Part shown: piece by piece, positions 1 through 11,791 of the stretch
How positions within the stretch are numbered: position 1 is the first letter of the stretch
How the letters are laid out: each line of letters opens with the position of its first letter
Source of the DNA: Klebsormidium nitens
Lineage: Eukaryota; Plantae; Klebsormidiophyceae
Assembly: GCA_000708835.1 (NCBI GenBank)
Contig: DF237165.1
Location: forward strand, 73,573 to 137,572
DNA: 64,000 bases
Reading direction: 5' to 3'
Program-made: the position numbers and the translations under genes
Notes under the pieces: model-generated
The model's database searches: none
Seen by the model: only the letters and a program-made list of their open reading frames with translations
Told to the model about the DNA's origin: nothing

Positions 1-346
1 CTGCCCCTGTCGCCGTGGAGGCGCTCCCTCTCGCCTTCAAGGGTTGCAAGCCGTTGGCACCCATCGAAGGTGAGGCAGACATAGTTACTGTGAGCGTTTG
101 CGAAACGATGTGGGACGGCGGCTTTCACGACTTGACGACTCCCTTTGCACTTGAAGGCCCGCCTAAAGTCCTGCCTGCGCTGCTATGCCTTAAAACCCTC
201 ATTTCTGCATAAGATAAAGTGCTGCCAAACAACTCAGAATGATGTCGTGACGACTTGGCGAGGGAATTCCACACACGTGCACCTTTAGCTCATTGATTGG
301 CTGGAATGATGCAGGGCCTCTCAAGGCGGAGTCTACCATGGCTTAG
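1..346 (+). CDS. Possible 3' end of an unidentified gene (partial; exons <1-69 and 315-346)
   Basis: GC-rich frame APVAVEALPLAFKGCKPLAPIE ends at donor G|GTGAGG (69/70). A phase-compatible acceptor ATGCAG| at 314 gives GPLKAESTMA-stop. No family recognised and the acceptor has a weak pyrimidine tract. Confidence 0.35.
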
Positions 347-908
347 TCGAGCTCGTGCGTTGAGAGCCCGCACCGACGGCCCGAGAACCTTCTTCGTCAT
401 CCCGAGCGCACCTTCGTCTTAATTCTGGGACGAAGGGACCGACTGTACATTTGTGGATTGTATAGTACTGACGTAGGGCAATGCAAGTGCGTGGCTATTA
501 ACGTAGTGGGGAAACGTAGGAGTCGTGGATTAATTCCAGAAACTAATCGTCCAGTGTGTTTCATTTCACGTAGACTTGGCCTGTACTAGGGGGCCAGCCA
601 GATTGTGCAGCAGTAGATTCGTGGATTGTACAGAATGTCCGACGCCGGCTCTGTTGTTTGTAAGCACTTGAGGGCTGCAGATAGGCTGCAGGTCCCCGTA
701 GCCACTGAGAGGAGAATCGTGCGGGCCTCTTATGACGACGTCAGACACGACGTCCAGGTTCGAAACGCGTTGCCACTTCGGTCGTTCAGCTAGGCGTCCC
801 GTGTTTTTGAATTAGTCCCATTGAATTGAGGTACAGTCTGGACGTACAGAAGGTAGGTGGATTGCTACGGGTACACCAAAAGACGGAACTTCGAGGCCGA
901 TGGCGACT

Positions 909-1900
909 TACTTTACGACTTTTGCTTGTGATTGGTTCGACTCAGTAGGAAACTAGCAAACCTTAATGCCTTTATCAGGACGGTCCGTTTGTCACATTCA
1001 GAGCTAGTCGCGTTATTGTGACGTTTTTCTCCAGACCGGGATTCCTGGAAACAAACTTGAAAGCCGAATTCTATGTGATTTGATGGTTCATGCTTGGCGC
1101 GGCGCGCAGGTCCACATGGCACAGTACTCAGTACGCGAATCCGCAATCTCGCTAGATTATCTATAGCAGAAGCAGAAGGTATTTGAAACTAATCAGGCCG
1201 GGGCCGGAGTGTGGAAGGCTTCAATCCACACTGGACAGCGCCTAGATAAAATCGACGAAGATACTTTCGACCCAAAATTGGATTCCGTAGACCCCCAACC
1301 GCGCGGATCTTCTACCTTCCCGGTCTTGAGTCCAGGGATCATGCAGGCCCTGTGGCCGCGGCCCTACCGGCTTGCAACATCTAAACATACCTACCGCGCT
1401 AGGTCGGGCAATATAGCTTTAGCTATGTCGGGCTCAGCCGCGGCCTTCTGATGCACATGTGGCTGAGGTCAGTGCAAGCGCCGAAAAGAACTAGCATCCG
1501 CATGCACCCTTTAAGCGCGGGTAGCTGAGATAAATCTCGCGCGGGATACTTACTTACTAGTTGATTAGCAACTATCACCCATGCCAACTGTTGCACACAA
1601 AGTTCGAGAAGCAGCACTATGCAGCATCAACGTCATTGAACGATCTTATAAGTGACTGCAGTGGATTCCTAATGAACTGCAGTACATACTGCATGGAGCG
1701 CCTGCACCGTGCCTTTCATGTACAGTTTCCTTACCGAGACGGGTAGCAAACACACCGCTTGTATATCGACCAGATGAACAAGTATGACTATGTGAATACC
1801 AAGAGCGCACCCGCTCTACAATACGTTGCCACAACCACACAGGAATTTTCTGCCAAGGCCGTCCTGGCCTTTCTTGATAACTGGCGATCCAAGTTATGAG
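909..1900 (+). pseudogene. Possible decayed intronless ORF relic of unknown origin
   Basis: Frame +3 from 909-1451 (about 180 codons) has only three internal stops, all TAG. Frame +1 from 1561-1900 has one TAG and one TGA. No recognisable domain. Confidence 0.25.
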
Positions 1901-2436
1901 AAGAATGTTCGGATCCCGCCCAATTTATAGGTCCGGGAATCACTCTATAAAGTTCGAAAGCTAATTCTAAGACTCAGAATGCTTCTATCGAATGCAGTCA
2001 GTTATTTTTAAACTAATTCAAACAAACATTACAGACTCCTACGTTATCTGCAGCATTGATATATCTAAACATGCAAAATCATTATTCTAGCATTATTCTA
2101 AGTCTTAGTCTTCGATCTTCGTCTTCAGAGGTTCGAAAGTAGGTCACGACACCCTGGTAGCGACACCCCTCTGGAAGCTTCGAATCATCATATGCTATGC
2201 ACGACCATCTGCTATGTGCAATATCCCTGAAAATCCTGCGAGGATCACGCTCTTTGTGCATGCGATCCCATGGAATGTCTTGGAATGGTCCTATACTTGA
2301 GCGCCACACTAGCTATATCTGAAGTACCAACACTGCTTGCAAGGCCGACACACTCTCGGACCTCAGCATTTACGGTCTGTGCCTTAACAACGGCTTTCTC
2401 CGCAGCAAGGCAATACCTTCTCCGAAGACCAGAAAG

Positions 2437-5400
2437 TTACATACTTCTATACGTGTTTGCAAAGAGTGCTTCTTTGGAGTTCGCCCGATTCAGTCCGGTA
2501 TCACTGGGCGCTCCCAGTTCCCCTTCTTTGTTGGCCGCATCTGCAACGGCGTCCCCTCCGTGTACAAGCTCAGCAAAAAGGTGCGTTTGGGAGGGGTACG
2601 AATCTGGGGGCCCGGGGGCCATACCGTAATCCGGTGGCTCTTCATCTAATGAGCCCGACACGTTGGACATGTCAATTCTGTACTCTTTCTTTTCTATCTG
2701 TTCTAACAAGGCCATGACTTGACTCATCTTGGGCCTCTGCCCGGCCGCCCTCCTGACGCACGTGAATGCCACTTCCGCGACTTGGAGGAGCTCGTCCTTC
2801 GGAATGGACTCTGCCGGGTCGCCCAAGTCGCCAATCCGGCCAGCTTGCGCCAGCGTCTTGGCCTGCCGAACCACAAAGTTTTCTCAATGTGAGGCAGACT
2901 AGAGATTTAAATTCGACGGCTTTGGTCTCGAAGCTCGACTCGTTGGGAAAGAAGTCAAGCACAACATTCAACATGAACATGAACACGTGCAGACTGCACG
3001 CTGCTTCAAGAAAGCATTTGAACCTCTGCCAGCTGGCATGGCATTTGCACCTCTTTATAGATGGCACTCATGCTCAGACGGATACTGCAGGGTACACTTC
3101 CGCTTACACACACTCTTTGCGTCGAAGTACGTTGCATCCCGGCCAATCTGGGCGAAGGGCACGTATATTCACAGGGATTGATAAAGTACAGTCTGTCACA
3201 ATGCGTGCTCTTACCCAGTCGACCAAGTTGACCGCGTCTGGCGTGCGCGAGGTGTCAACGGCTTTGCGCCCCGTGATGAGCTCTAGCAACACCACCCCGA
3301 AGCTGTACACGTCGCTCTTCTCCGTCAGCTGGCCGGACATGGCGTACCTGCAAATAGATTGTTGGCGATTCTGAAGTGTCCCTGCAACAATGAACGGCCT
3401 TTAACATGGAATCCAATGTCACCTTAGAACCAGAAGCTCGTAGCCTTTTACGCAGGAAAAGTATTATGACCAGGACCCCCTTTTACAATCTCCAAAGATC
3501 CAGCAACGCTTAGCTGCATAGGAAGCAGAAGGGAAACGAAACGACTGGTCATCGCGCCTCTTCGAGAGTGACCTCAAAGCTCAAAGCAGGGCTCTATTTT
3601 CCAGGAAATAAGTCCCAGACCTCAAATAAGAGTGTTCCTTGCAAACGCACGCTTCCCATCAATCAAGCGAGTCGTGAGAAAAATCGGTCGGGACGCGCGC
3701 CGTGCGGCTCAGGCCTTGGTTAACTTCAGAATCCTGAATACATTCAACTCACTCTGGCGCAAGGTAGCCGAAGGTGCCGATGACTCGCGTGGTGACGTGC
3801 GTCTCGTCAAGGCCGCTGAGGCGCGCCAGCCCGAAGTCGGCCACCTTAGCCTGCAGCCGCTCGTCCAGCAAGATGTTGCTCGACTTGACGTCGCGGTGGA
3901 TCTGCAACAGAGCACGCACGCGGAGCGGGGTTACGCTCAGACGCTGCTACTCTGAGTGCACGAGAAGCAGCTAATTGGGTTACGCTGAGAGTTGGGTAAG
4001 GTTTCGTCAGCACTGCTTCTGTTGTCACCAAAGACAGAATCCTTCGTCGGAGCCTGGTCGGTAAACCTCAATACCGACACATATTACCGCAAGTGGTCGG
4101 CGTCCTGCGGATTGGAGAAAGACTTGCACGACTTGCTGAAGCACGGAGTCGCACTTACAATTCTTGGACTGCAGTCTTCGTGCAGGTAGGCCAGCCCCCG
4201 TGCTGAGTCCACCGCAATGCGCAGCCGCGTCGCCCACGGCATCACCTGCTCTCGCGCACGCTCACCTGATCCAACAGAAGCGACGTGCGTTAGAGCCGTT
4301 GTCGGACACAACTAAAGATGTTGTATTGGAGCGAAAGATTACTGGGAAAGATGATGAAACCACGAGCTTGAGCCACCAGGGCTGTAGGGCGGTTTAATAC
4401 CAGTAGTTTCCGAGTGTTGCGAGTTAACCTTTCGAGCAGGTTGCATCACGCCAAGGTAAAAGTGCCAATCAGATGATCAGCTCGTGCACGCAGAACGTTA
4501 TCACGAAGGATATGCTCGCAATCCTTCGGCAGCGAGAAATCTAAACGAGTTTCATAAGGATCAAGGGGGGGAGGCGGCCGCTGACCAAAGAGGTGGGAGT
4601 CGAGCGAGCCGTTGGGCAGGTAGTCGTAGACAAGGAGTCGCTTGGCGCCCTCGGAGCAGCATCCGCGCAGGCGCACCACGTTGCGGTGGCGCACGCTGCT
4701 GATAATGTCCACCTCGCTCCGAAACTCGCGCTCGCCCTGGCTGCGCGCGCTGCCCAGCCGCTTCACCGCCACCACGTCCCCGCCCTTCAACACACCTTTG
4801 TACACGTGACCAAACCCGCCTGCGCATGAAAGACTCAACTTCAAAAATTGCCGGCTATGAAAGTTTTGGAGTTTAAGCATAACTGAAGCACAGTAAAGAC
4901 CAGAGCAAGTAGAGCCTTGTCAGGCCCGATTACAAACGATACTCCCAACAACGAGTTGTCGGATGCACATCGTGCAAAGACGGCTGACAGAGAAACCTGG
5001 CTTCTGGCACGCGTTTTTGTCTCATGCGACCTTGCCCGGTCGTCTCGTCAGTACGAGATTTCCAGGCATACTCGAATGCAGGAACAGGTGCAAAATGCCC
5101 AATCAACTCGGCTGCTCCGGCTTCTGCTTGGCCGAGCACCTAGTTCCTTCTCTCACAAGGTCAAAGAAGGCGCGCACCTTCCCCCAGGATGTTGTCCTCG
5201 CTGAACTGGCCAGTCGCGCGGCTGAGCTCGCGGTAGCTGTACACGTCCCAGCGCTTGTTGGGCAGCGCCACACCGAGGGGCCGGGCCGCACTGCCCAGCA
5301 GGGGGCCGCGGCTGGACGGCAGCGGGAGCAGCGCGGCAGCTGGGCAAACAACAATCAGGTTATGCATAACATTTTATTGGTCTGTGTTTGGCACTGTTGT

Positions 5401-8400
5401 CTCCTTCACATTTTTATCGGTTTGCTGTCTGGCGCGCCACCTTGACGTGGTGGAAGCTGCGGAAATGCATGCGTCTGCTGGAACTGAGCGGACTGAGTTG
5501 GGTTCGGTCAAGCGGACAAGATTTAGGGCAGAGCTGTAGAAAAGATATACCCAACTGACCAAGATGGTTCGTACGAATTTTCAAAAAGACTGCTTCCCTA
5601 GAGGACTCCATAATAACTCCCTTTTAGAAGCACGCATAGGCACACTATGCGTGCTCGCTCCACACTTTTGCAGGAAGTCTTCACTGGTCTTTGCAATCAT
5701 CTGATAAAGGCACACGGTCCGGCTCTGCTCCTAACTCATAAAGACTCGGCTCTGCCGCAGTATCTCTCCCGCTCACCTCCCTTGCTGGTTGGCGATGCCA
5801 CGTCATTAAGCCCCCGTCGCCGCCGCCACACCAGGAACGCGCCCCCCGCGATCACGAGCACCATCGCCAGAAGCACGCCCACCACGATGCCCGCCGTCGT
5901 CCCTGAGTCGGACCCACCTCCACCGCCCCTGCCTATGCCATCTGCACGGCAAGTTGATGAGCTGAGAAAAGACGACACGGAAGGCAAATCAAAATTTCTT
6001 TGCCCTGACTGTATCTTTATGGAGATCTGCAGCCTGCCAGTCGTTTTGAGGGGCGCGGAGCACTCATGTGACCGAGCAGGCTATAGCACGCTGGATGACG
6101 TGGCAAAGGGCGAGTAGTCTTGCTACCTGTGCTGAAAAACCTAACAAGAGAATCCTTAAGCAGGCCCTGAGTTTCTTTGATTGATACTCCACTGATCAAG
6201 AAGCAGGGGAAACGGAACGGAAGCACAGACCTGGTGCCATATAATTTCGTGCTGAAAGTGTGCGACGTCCGTCTTTTGTGTTCCGCTGGCATAACAAAAG
6301 CACGAAAGGAGATTTGTACCTGGGGGCGGTGGCATGCCTGGAGGGCCAATAGGGCTCGTCTCTGGAGATGGAGGGGAGGAGCCGTCGGAGCAGAGGGGCA
6401 GGCCTGGCGCTCCGCACAGGCCGCGGTTGTTGCTGACACTGTTTCAAAAACAGCGGTGCGTCAGGGTTGGCTTTAGCACTTCAAGAGCACACTCGCTCAC
6501 TTTGAGCTCGTTGAGAATTACGCGACTATGAACATATGCAACCAACCCTCAGACACAGACCGGGTAGCATATTCTGAAGCTGCAAGAATGTGACCAAGGC
6601 TCTTCGTGAAGAGGGTCGACAATGAAAGAATGAACCAAAGAAGGCCTCGAGGACCAACTTCGCTGGTCTCACTAACTTCGGATTCACAGACACTCTGAAC
6701 GATTCTGAAAATTAGACCCAGCAGATGAACCGTTCTGGTGTGCTCACTTGAGGAACGGGATGGTGAGCAGGCTGGCGGGCACCGCTTGCGTCAAATAGTT
6801 GCTGCTGATGTCCAGCGTCTGCAGCGCCCCCCCCCGGTTGAGGCCCGCCGGGATGCTCCCCGAGTAGCCATTGTTATTGAGGCGCACGGTGCGCAAGCGC
6901 GGTAGCGTGCCTAGAAACGCCGGCAGTAGCCCGCTCAGCTGGTTGTACCCTGCCGTGCTGCACAGCAACGGAAATTCAGTAAGGATGCAGCGGACGAGAG
7001 CTAATGTATAGCCACTGTACTCCTGACCGGTGGTGAGTCTGATGTGCCTGTGTTGCTCGCCCGTTTCATCCGCTTTCGATTGAGACAGGGGATTCCAAAA
7101 TGAACCCTCTGTTCAGTTGATCCGTCAACAACTGCAAGATGCGACTATTCTGTCGAAGTGTCACCAGGAGGCGAGCCGCACTTCACACACGCGCTCTTGC
7201 TACAGACGCAGACTGAAACATCTGGTCCAACGTCAATGCCTGGCTTGTTAGTCCAAACTCAAAAGCGTCCGACAGTGGGCATACCAGTCCCGGAATCATC
7301 AGAACTCTGGGCGCTTGGACCCCACTCATTTGAGGGACTGAGTACAGAAACCAAGACCCTGATGCAAGCTGCGCACATGAGAGGTTTCGTTCTTTAATGA
7401 TGTGCTCTCACACTGTATGAAAGTCGAACTAGGTCCATGTGACACAATGCATCGATCGGTCTCACTGCAAGCCACAACATTCAACCTAAGTACCTATATC
7501 CTGGTACAACGTCTTCAGACGAAGTAGGACGGAAAGGGTAAAGCGACGGAAAGGCGGAGGGGTATTGCACTTACAGAGTTTCGAGGTTGACCAGGTTGGC
7601 GAAGGTGGAGGGCAGGTTGTTGAATAGCGAATTGTGTTCCTGCACAGTCGGATACAAAGGGTCGTCCACGTTGAACCAAGAGGAGCCCGGCTGAAACCGT
7701 AGACGCTGCTTGATTTACATGTCCACAGACTGCACAGACTGCCCAATTTCTCGATGGTGCTGTTCACCTTCAACTTCTAATAGACAGGAACCAATCTCCA
7801 AACTCATCATCGTGGAGATGGGCCAGTCAAAACCAGGGGTGAAATGAAAAGCGGTCTAAAGTGAAATTGTAAGGTCGCTCCATATATTCTCGCATGCATA
7901 TCCGCATATATACTCAAGGCCCTGAGCGCGGGCTTACCAGGGTCAAGGTGACAAGGGCACTCAAGTTGCCAAATGAGTCGGGGACCTGCACATTCAGTCT
8001 GATGTAATTGAGAGGGGGATCGCTTTTCGAAGGCAACAGAGGAGCATAAAGATTCAGGCCGCTTTACCAATAAGGAAGGCCCCAAGTTCGAAGTCAGAAG
8101 TCCAAGCTGCCTTTCGTCGGACCCTAGAAACTGGACCGCTTTCCTCTTTTGTGAAGGGGCATGGTGGCTTTGTCAGTTCCACCTGACGTTGCTTCATTGA
8201 TTCTCCGCTCATAATCAGAGTTCAACTTCTGGCTCGACAATTCTCTTCAGCTTTCAGTGCTCAGTAGCTAAGAAAGCACCCCATACAGCTCAAATCGTGT
8301 TGGGCAGAATCAGAGGGAATATCAGAGGGTACAGAGCTGGTAAAATAACTGACCGGTCCTTGGAACTGGTTGTTGTCAAGGAGGAGCGTGGTGCAACGGG

Positions 8401-10677
8401 AGAGCTGGCCGAGTGTGGACGGGAGGGCCCCCGTCAGCTGAAGGTTGCCGCTCACAGAGCTGCAGGCAAAGCAGTGGTCTCAGGCGTCACAACGCATGCT
8501 CAAGGTACCGTCCGATTATATGATAAGACTTGGAGCTTGTCCAATATCGAAAGGCGGCAGTCACAGCAACTGTGTTGCCGTGTAAAGATCAGGCTCAGCT
8601 TTCAGAAATGGATTACTTCGAAGTAGAGGGCAAAAGTAGCTTTCTTCCTGACTGCACCATGACGGTGCAATCTCATATCAAGGAAACAGCAAAAGCGGCG
8701 AGAACAAATTTGGGCACAAGGGTAGGGCAGACTCACAAATAGGTGAGCGTACTGAGGCTGCCCAGGGCACTGGGAAACTGGCCAGAGAACCCGTTGAATG
8801 AAAGATCACTGCACAGAGACACGAGCACCGTGACCAGTTGCTCAAAGCTTGAGGAGGTCGGGGGGATGCAGCGCACTGAGAATGCAGGTTACGGCGCACC
8901 AAGCATCTTACGCACTCGCCTTGCGGAAAAAAGGGCAGATTGTAACGTGCGGGCAAAATAAGGACACACATGATTGGGGTGAAGGGATCGGAGTGCACTT
9001 ACAGGTAGCTAAGGGCACGCAAACTTCCCAACTCCGCAGGGATGCTCCCCGTTAATAGGTTGCCCCGCAGGTCGCTGCAACCAGTGAACAAGCAGCTGTA
9101 AGTGCGGTGATGCATTGGACGACGGCGCCTCCAACTTATTGTCTACAAGTACCCTGAAAGAGTGATGTCATATGATATGGCCAATTGAACAAACACTGGA
9201 CGCCTGCGCTTCGAACAGTTGCCCAGCGCCCCGTAGATTCTCTTTGTGAAAGCTAGCGGCTGAATAAGAAAGGTCAGCCCCGGAGCTCGCATAAACTTAC
9301 AATGGATTTGTTAGTCATTGCAGGTTGAAGTCCCCAGCTACATAGCCTGATGGCTTGAGACATGCACTGATTGATTGACAGACCGACCAGAACTTGATGG
9401 AAGATAAGGCCGAAATTTAGAAGGTAACCGATTGCCAGCTAAGCTAAATGCAAGAGGACAGGTGGCAACTTACAGGGTCTGCAGATTAGTGAGCTGGCCA
9501 AAGGAGCTGGGAATGCTGGATGCAAGGCTGTTGTTGGCCAGCTGCAAGCGTTGTAGCGCCCCCAGGTTGCCCAGCCCAGGAGTGAGTGGCCCAGACAAGT
9601 CCAGACTGTCTAGTACGCTGTAGGAGGGGAAAATTTGAGGAATCGAATTGTGACATAGCATTGTGGATGCAATTTCGTCACACAAGCCTGGTATTTGAGT
9701 GCGACGCTATGCGTCCACCAGACGAGGTCAGACCTCCCATTCTGAAGCATAGCAAGGATGCAACTGAATGCAAAGTGCGGCACAGCTTCTCAAAAACTTT
9801 GTGTTGAGGATGGGGCAACCGGCTGCGACACCACTGGCCAGGTGATTGAGAAGTAGCATTGCTTACAGCTGCACAATCCGGAGGCCAGAGCATGTGACCC
9901 CCAGCCAGGCTTGGCCTGGAACACAGGGATCTCCTACAGCCTCGGACCAGGACGCCACCACCTGGGGGTTCTTAAGGCCCCACTTGAACTCAAGCAATGC
10001 GGCACCTGCCAACACCAGGCTCCGCGTCAGAGGGGCTTGAGCCTTGATGCGCTCAACACAAAGCAGCACGAAGTGAATGGGTTGACTCGAGTCATTTTGC
10101 AAAACCGTTCACCATCAAGTCCCAGGCTTGCCATGAGCCGAACAACTCGAAGATGCACACCTCATAGGGACATCATTGACAACACCCTGATGTGCAATTC
10201 CTTTGGATAACTAGAGTTAGCACACGCAGCTCATCAAATGCGGACTGGCACATTGCATTGCAGCAAAGAATGCAACGTATAGATGAATGAGCAGCTATGT
10301 ACAGTTCCACGACCCCACCAGGATTGACTGGTGGCAGCAGGTTACTATCAAGAACGCCTTTGTTTTGACTCTTTGAGAACAATTGTTGTCTAGGGCAACA
10401 TTAAAACACAGATAAATGCACTGTATGTTGGTTACAGCTACTCCAAGCCAATTGTAGAACGGTCGATATGAGGGGAACCAGAAAAGTAAGCGACTGATGA
10501 TAACAACGGAGCGGTCCTTTCAAGCTCCTTTGCCTTCGGCCTTGCACCAATGCTGCATCACTTCACCAAGAGGTAATACTCACCGTCCCCCGGATCCGCC
10601 TTCAATGTCCTCAGCAACAGGAGGACAATAATGCCGAGGAGTGCACCGCGGGCATGGGCAGCACACAGAAGCGCCAT
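2437..10677 (-). CDS. Leucine-rich-repeat receptor-like Ser/Thr kinase (RD kinase), ~814 aa, 17 exons
   Basis: Exons: 10677-10584, 10005-9867, 9617-9474, 9074-9003, 8808-8737, 8459-8354, 7985-7938, 7639-7575, 6957-6748, 6438-6320, 5941-5777, 5339-5178, 4819-4586, 4265-4159, 3901-3753, 3347-3215, 2862-2437. All GT-AG and phase-consistent (2445 nt). Signal peptide [23 protein letters not shown]-cap [14 protein letters not shown], about 10-11 plant-type LRRs, C-cap [33 protein letters not shown] followed by RRRR. Kinase motifs [52 protein letters not shown]. Confidence 0.93.
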
Positions 10678-10702
10678 GTCGATGATGAGGCACTCTGGGA
10701 CC

Positions 10703-10711
10703 AAACCCTAA
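10703..10711. promoter_or_regulatory. Telo-box-like motif AAACCCTAA 26-34 nt upstream of the RLK start codon
   Basis: Exact AAACCCTAA on the + strand within the likely RLK 5' leader. A single 9-mer can occur by chance. Confidence 0.2.
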
Positions 10712-11791
10712 TGATGGTACCAAGCTAAGCTCCTCCCTTTGGTTGCCTGCACTGGCTTTGAGTGACACCTTGACAAGGTGTCACTCTTCAGACGCCACCG
10801 GGGCCGCATCAGTGACATCATCTGACACTTAGTGGCTGGCCCAAAGATCGCCCCTTTCTTACCCTGCAGAAGGTTGCGTTGGAGTGCCAAGCAGATCAAA
10901 CCATATCAGTATTATTAACAGCAACAGAAGGATCGAATCGGAGGGCTTCAGAGCAGCTTCATAAGATTCAGAATGGATGTACTCCGTTCATTACTATTGT
11001 TGCTCTACCTTGGAAGTGTGCCTTTTGCGTGAGGCAGTTTACGCTCATACCTGACATCTCAAAGACGCTGCATTTCATTACCCAGTATGGCTGGCAGAGC
11101 ACCCGCATCTTGCTGATCCACCAAAATCAACAGAGCATAGGTGGCCTCCTTGGAACTCTCGCCCCAGTGTAGAGCTCTAGAGAGGAAATGTGAGACAAGG
11201 CGACTGATCCAGCCGCCAGCGCCCATGAGGCTGATGTGGCTGTGGGCCGTGGCCCGTGGCAACGGGCGTCTACGGTAGCTGCCCCATGTGTATTTCCGGC
11301 GACATCCAAATAATCGATTACGACTCCATGTCGCTGCAGATTCAAGTGCACGTGGGATTTGAGCGACTCCAAAGGTAGGATTTGGGGCATCCGGTCGCCG
11401 TGTGCACGACGCCCTTGGAACTCGTGAGAGTGTCGTGCGCAGCTGAGCAGTATGGTCAGCAATAAGAACTGAGGGTTAAAGCATTGGTTAGTATGGGAAC
11501 GAAGGCCTTGTTCTACACCTTCCCGCAAACACATGCGGCACAACGTGTCCAGTGGAGGTTTGTGGCCCAGAGCTGTGTCACTTGAAAGCCGCTTGGTTTA
11601 ACATCCAAGGTTAATCCTTAAACAAGAAGCTAGTGGCTCAAATTCAGGGGGAGCTCCGAGATCAGAACTCTGCATTTCCGATGAAATGCACCTTGGAGGC
11701 GAAGACGATGACAGGCGCGATATCATTCCACCTACACTAGCCTCATGGGAATGGCTTGATTTGGTCGCAAGAGCAAAGTGTGCAGGGCAAG

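Noticed and set aside
1654-1668. DCSGF, resembling the NlpC/P60 catalytic motif
   Set aside because: A five-residue match without the surrounding family motifs or the downstream His; likely chance.
9075-9153. LRR-like pseudo-exon (acceptor TTTCAG then VLVDNKLE) in RLK intron 3
   Set aside because: No suitable donor, and its 79-nt distance to the next exon breaks the frame; the flanking exons join correctly without it.
11127-11543. 138-aa - strand ORF in the divergent promoter region
   Set aside because: GTG-start call, no recognisable domain, no splice-supported extension and no host-like codon bias.
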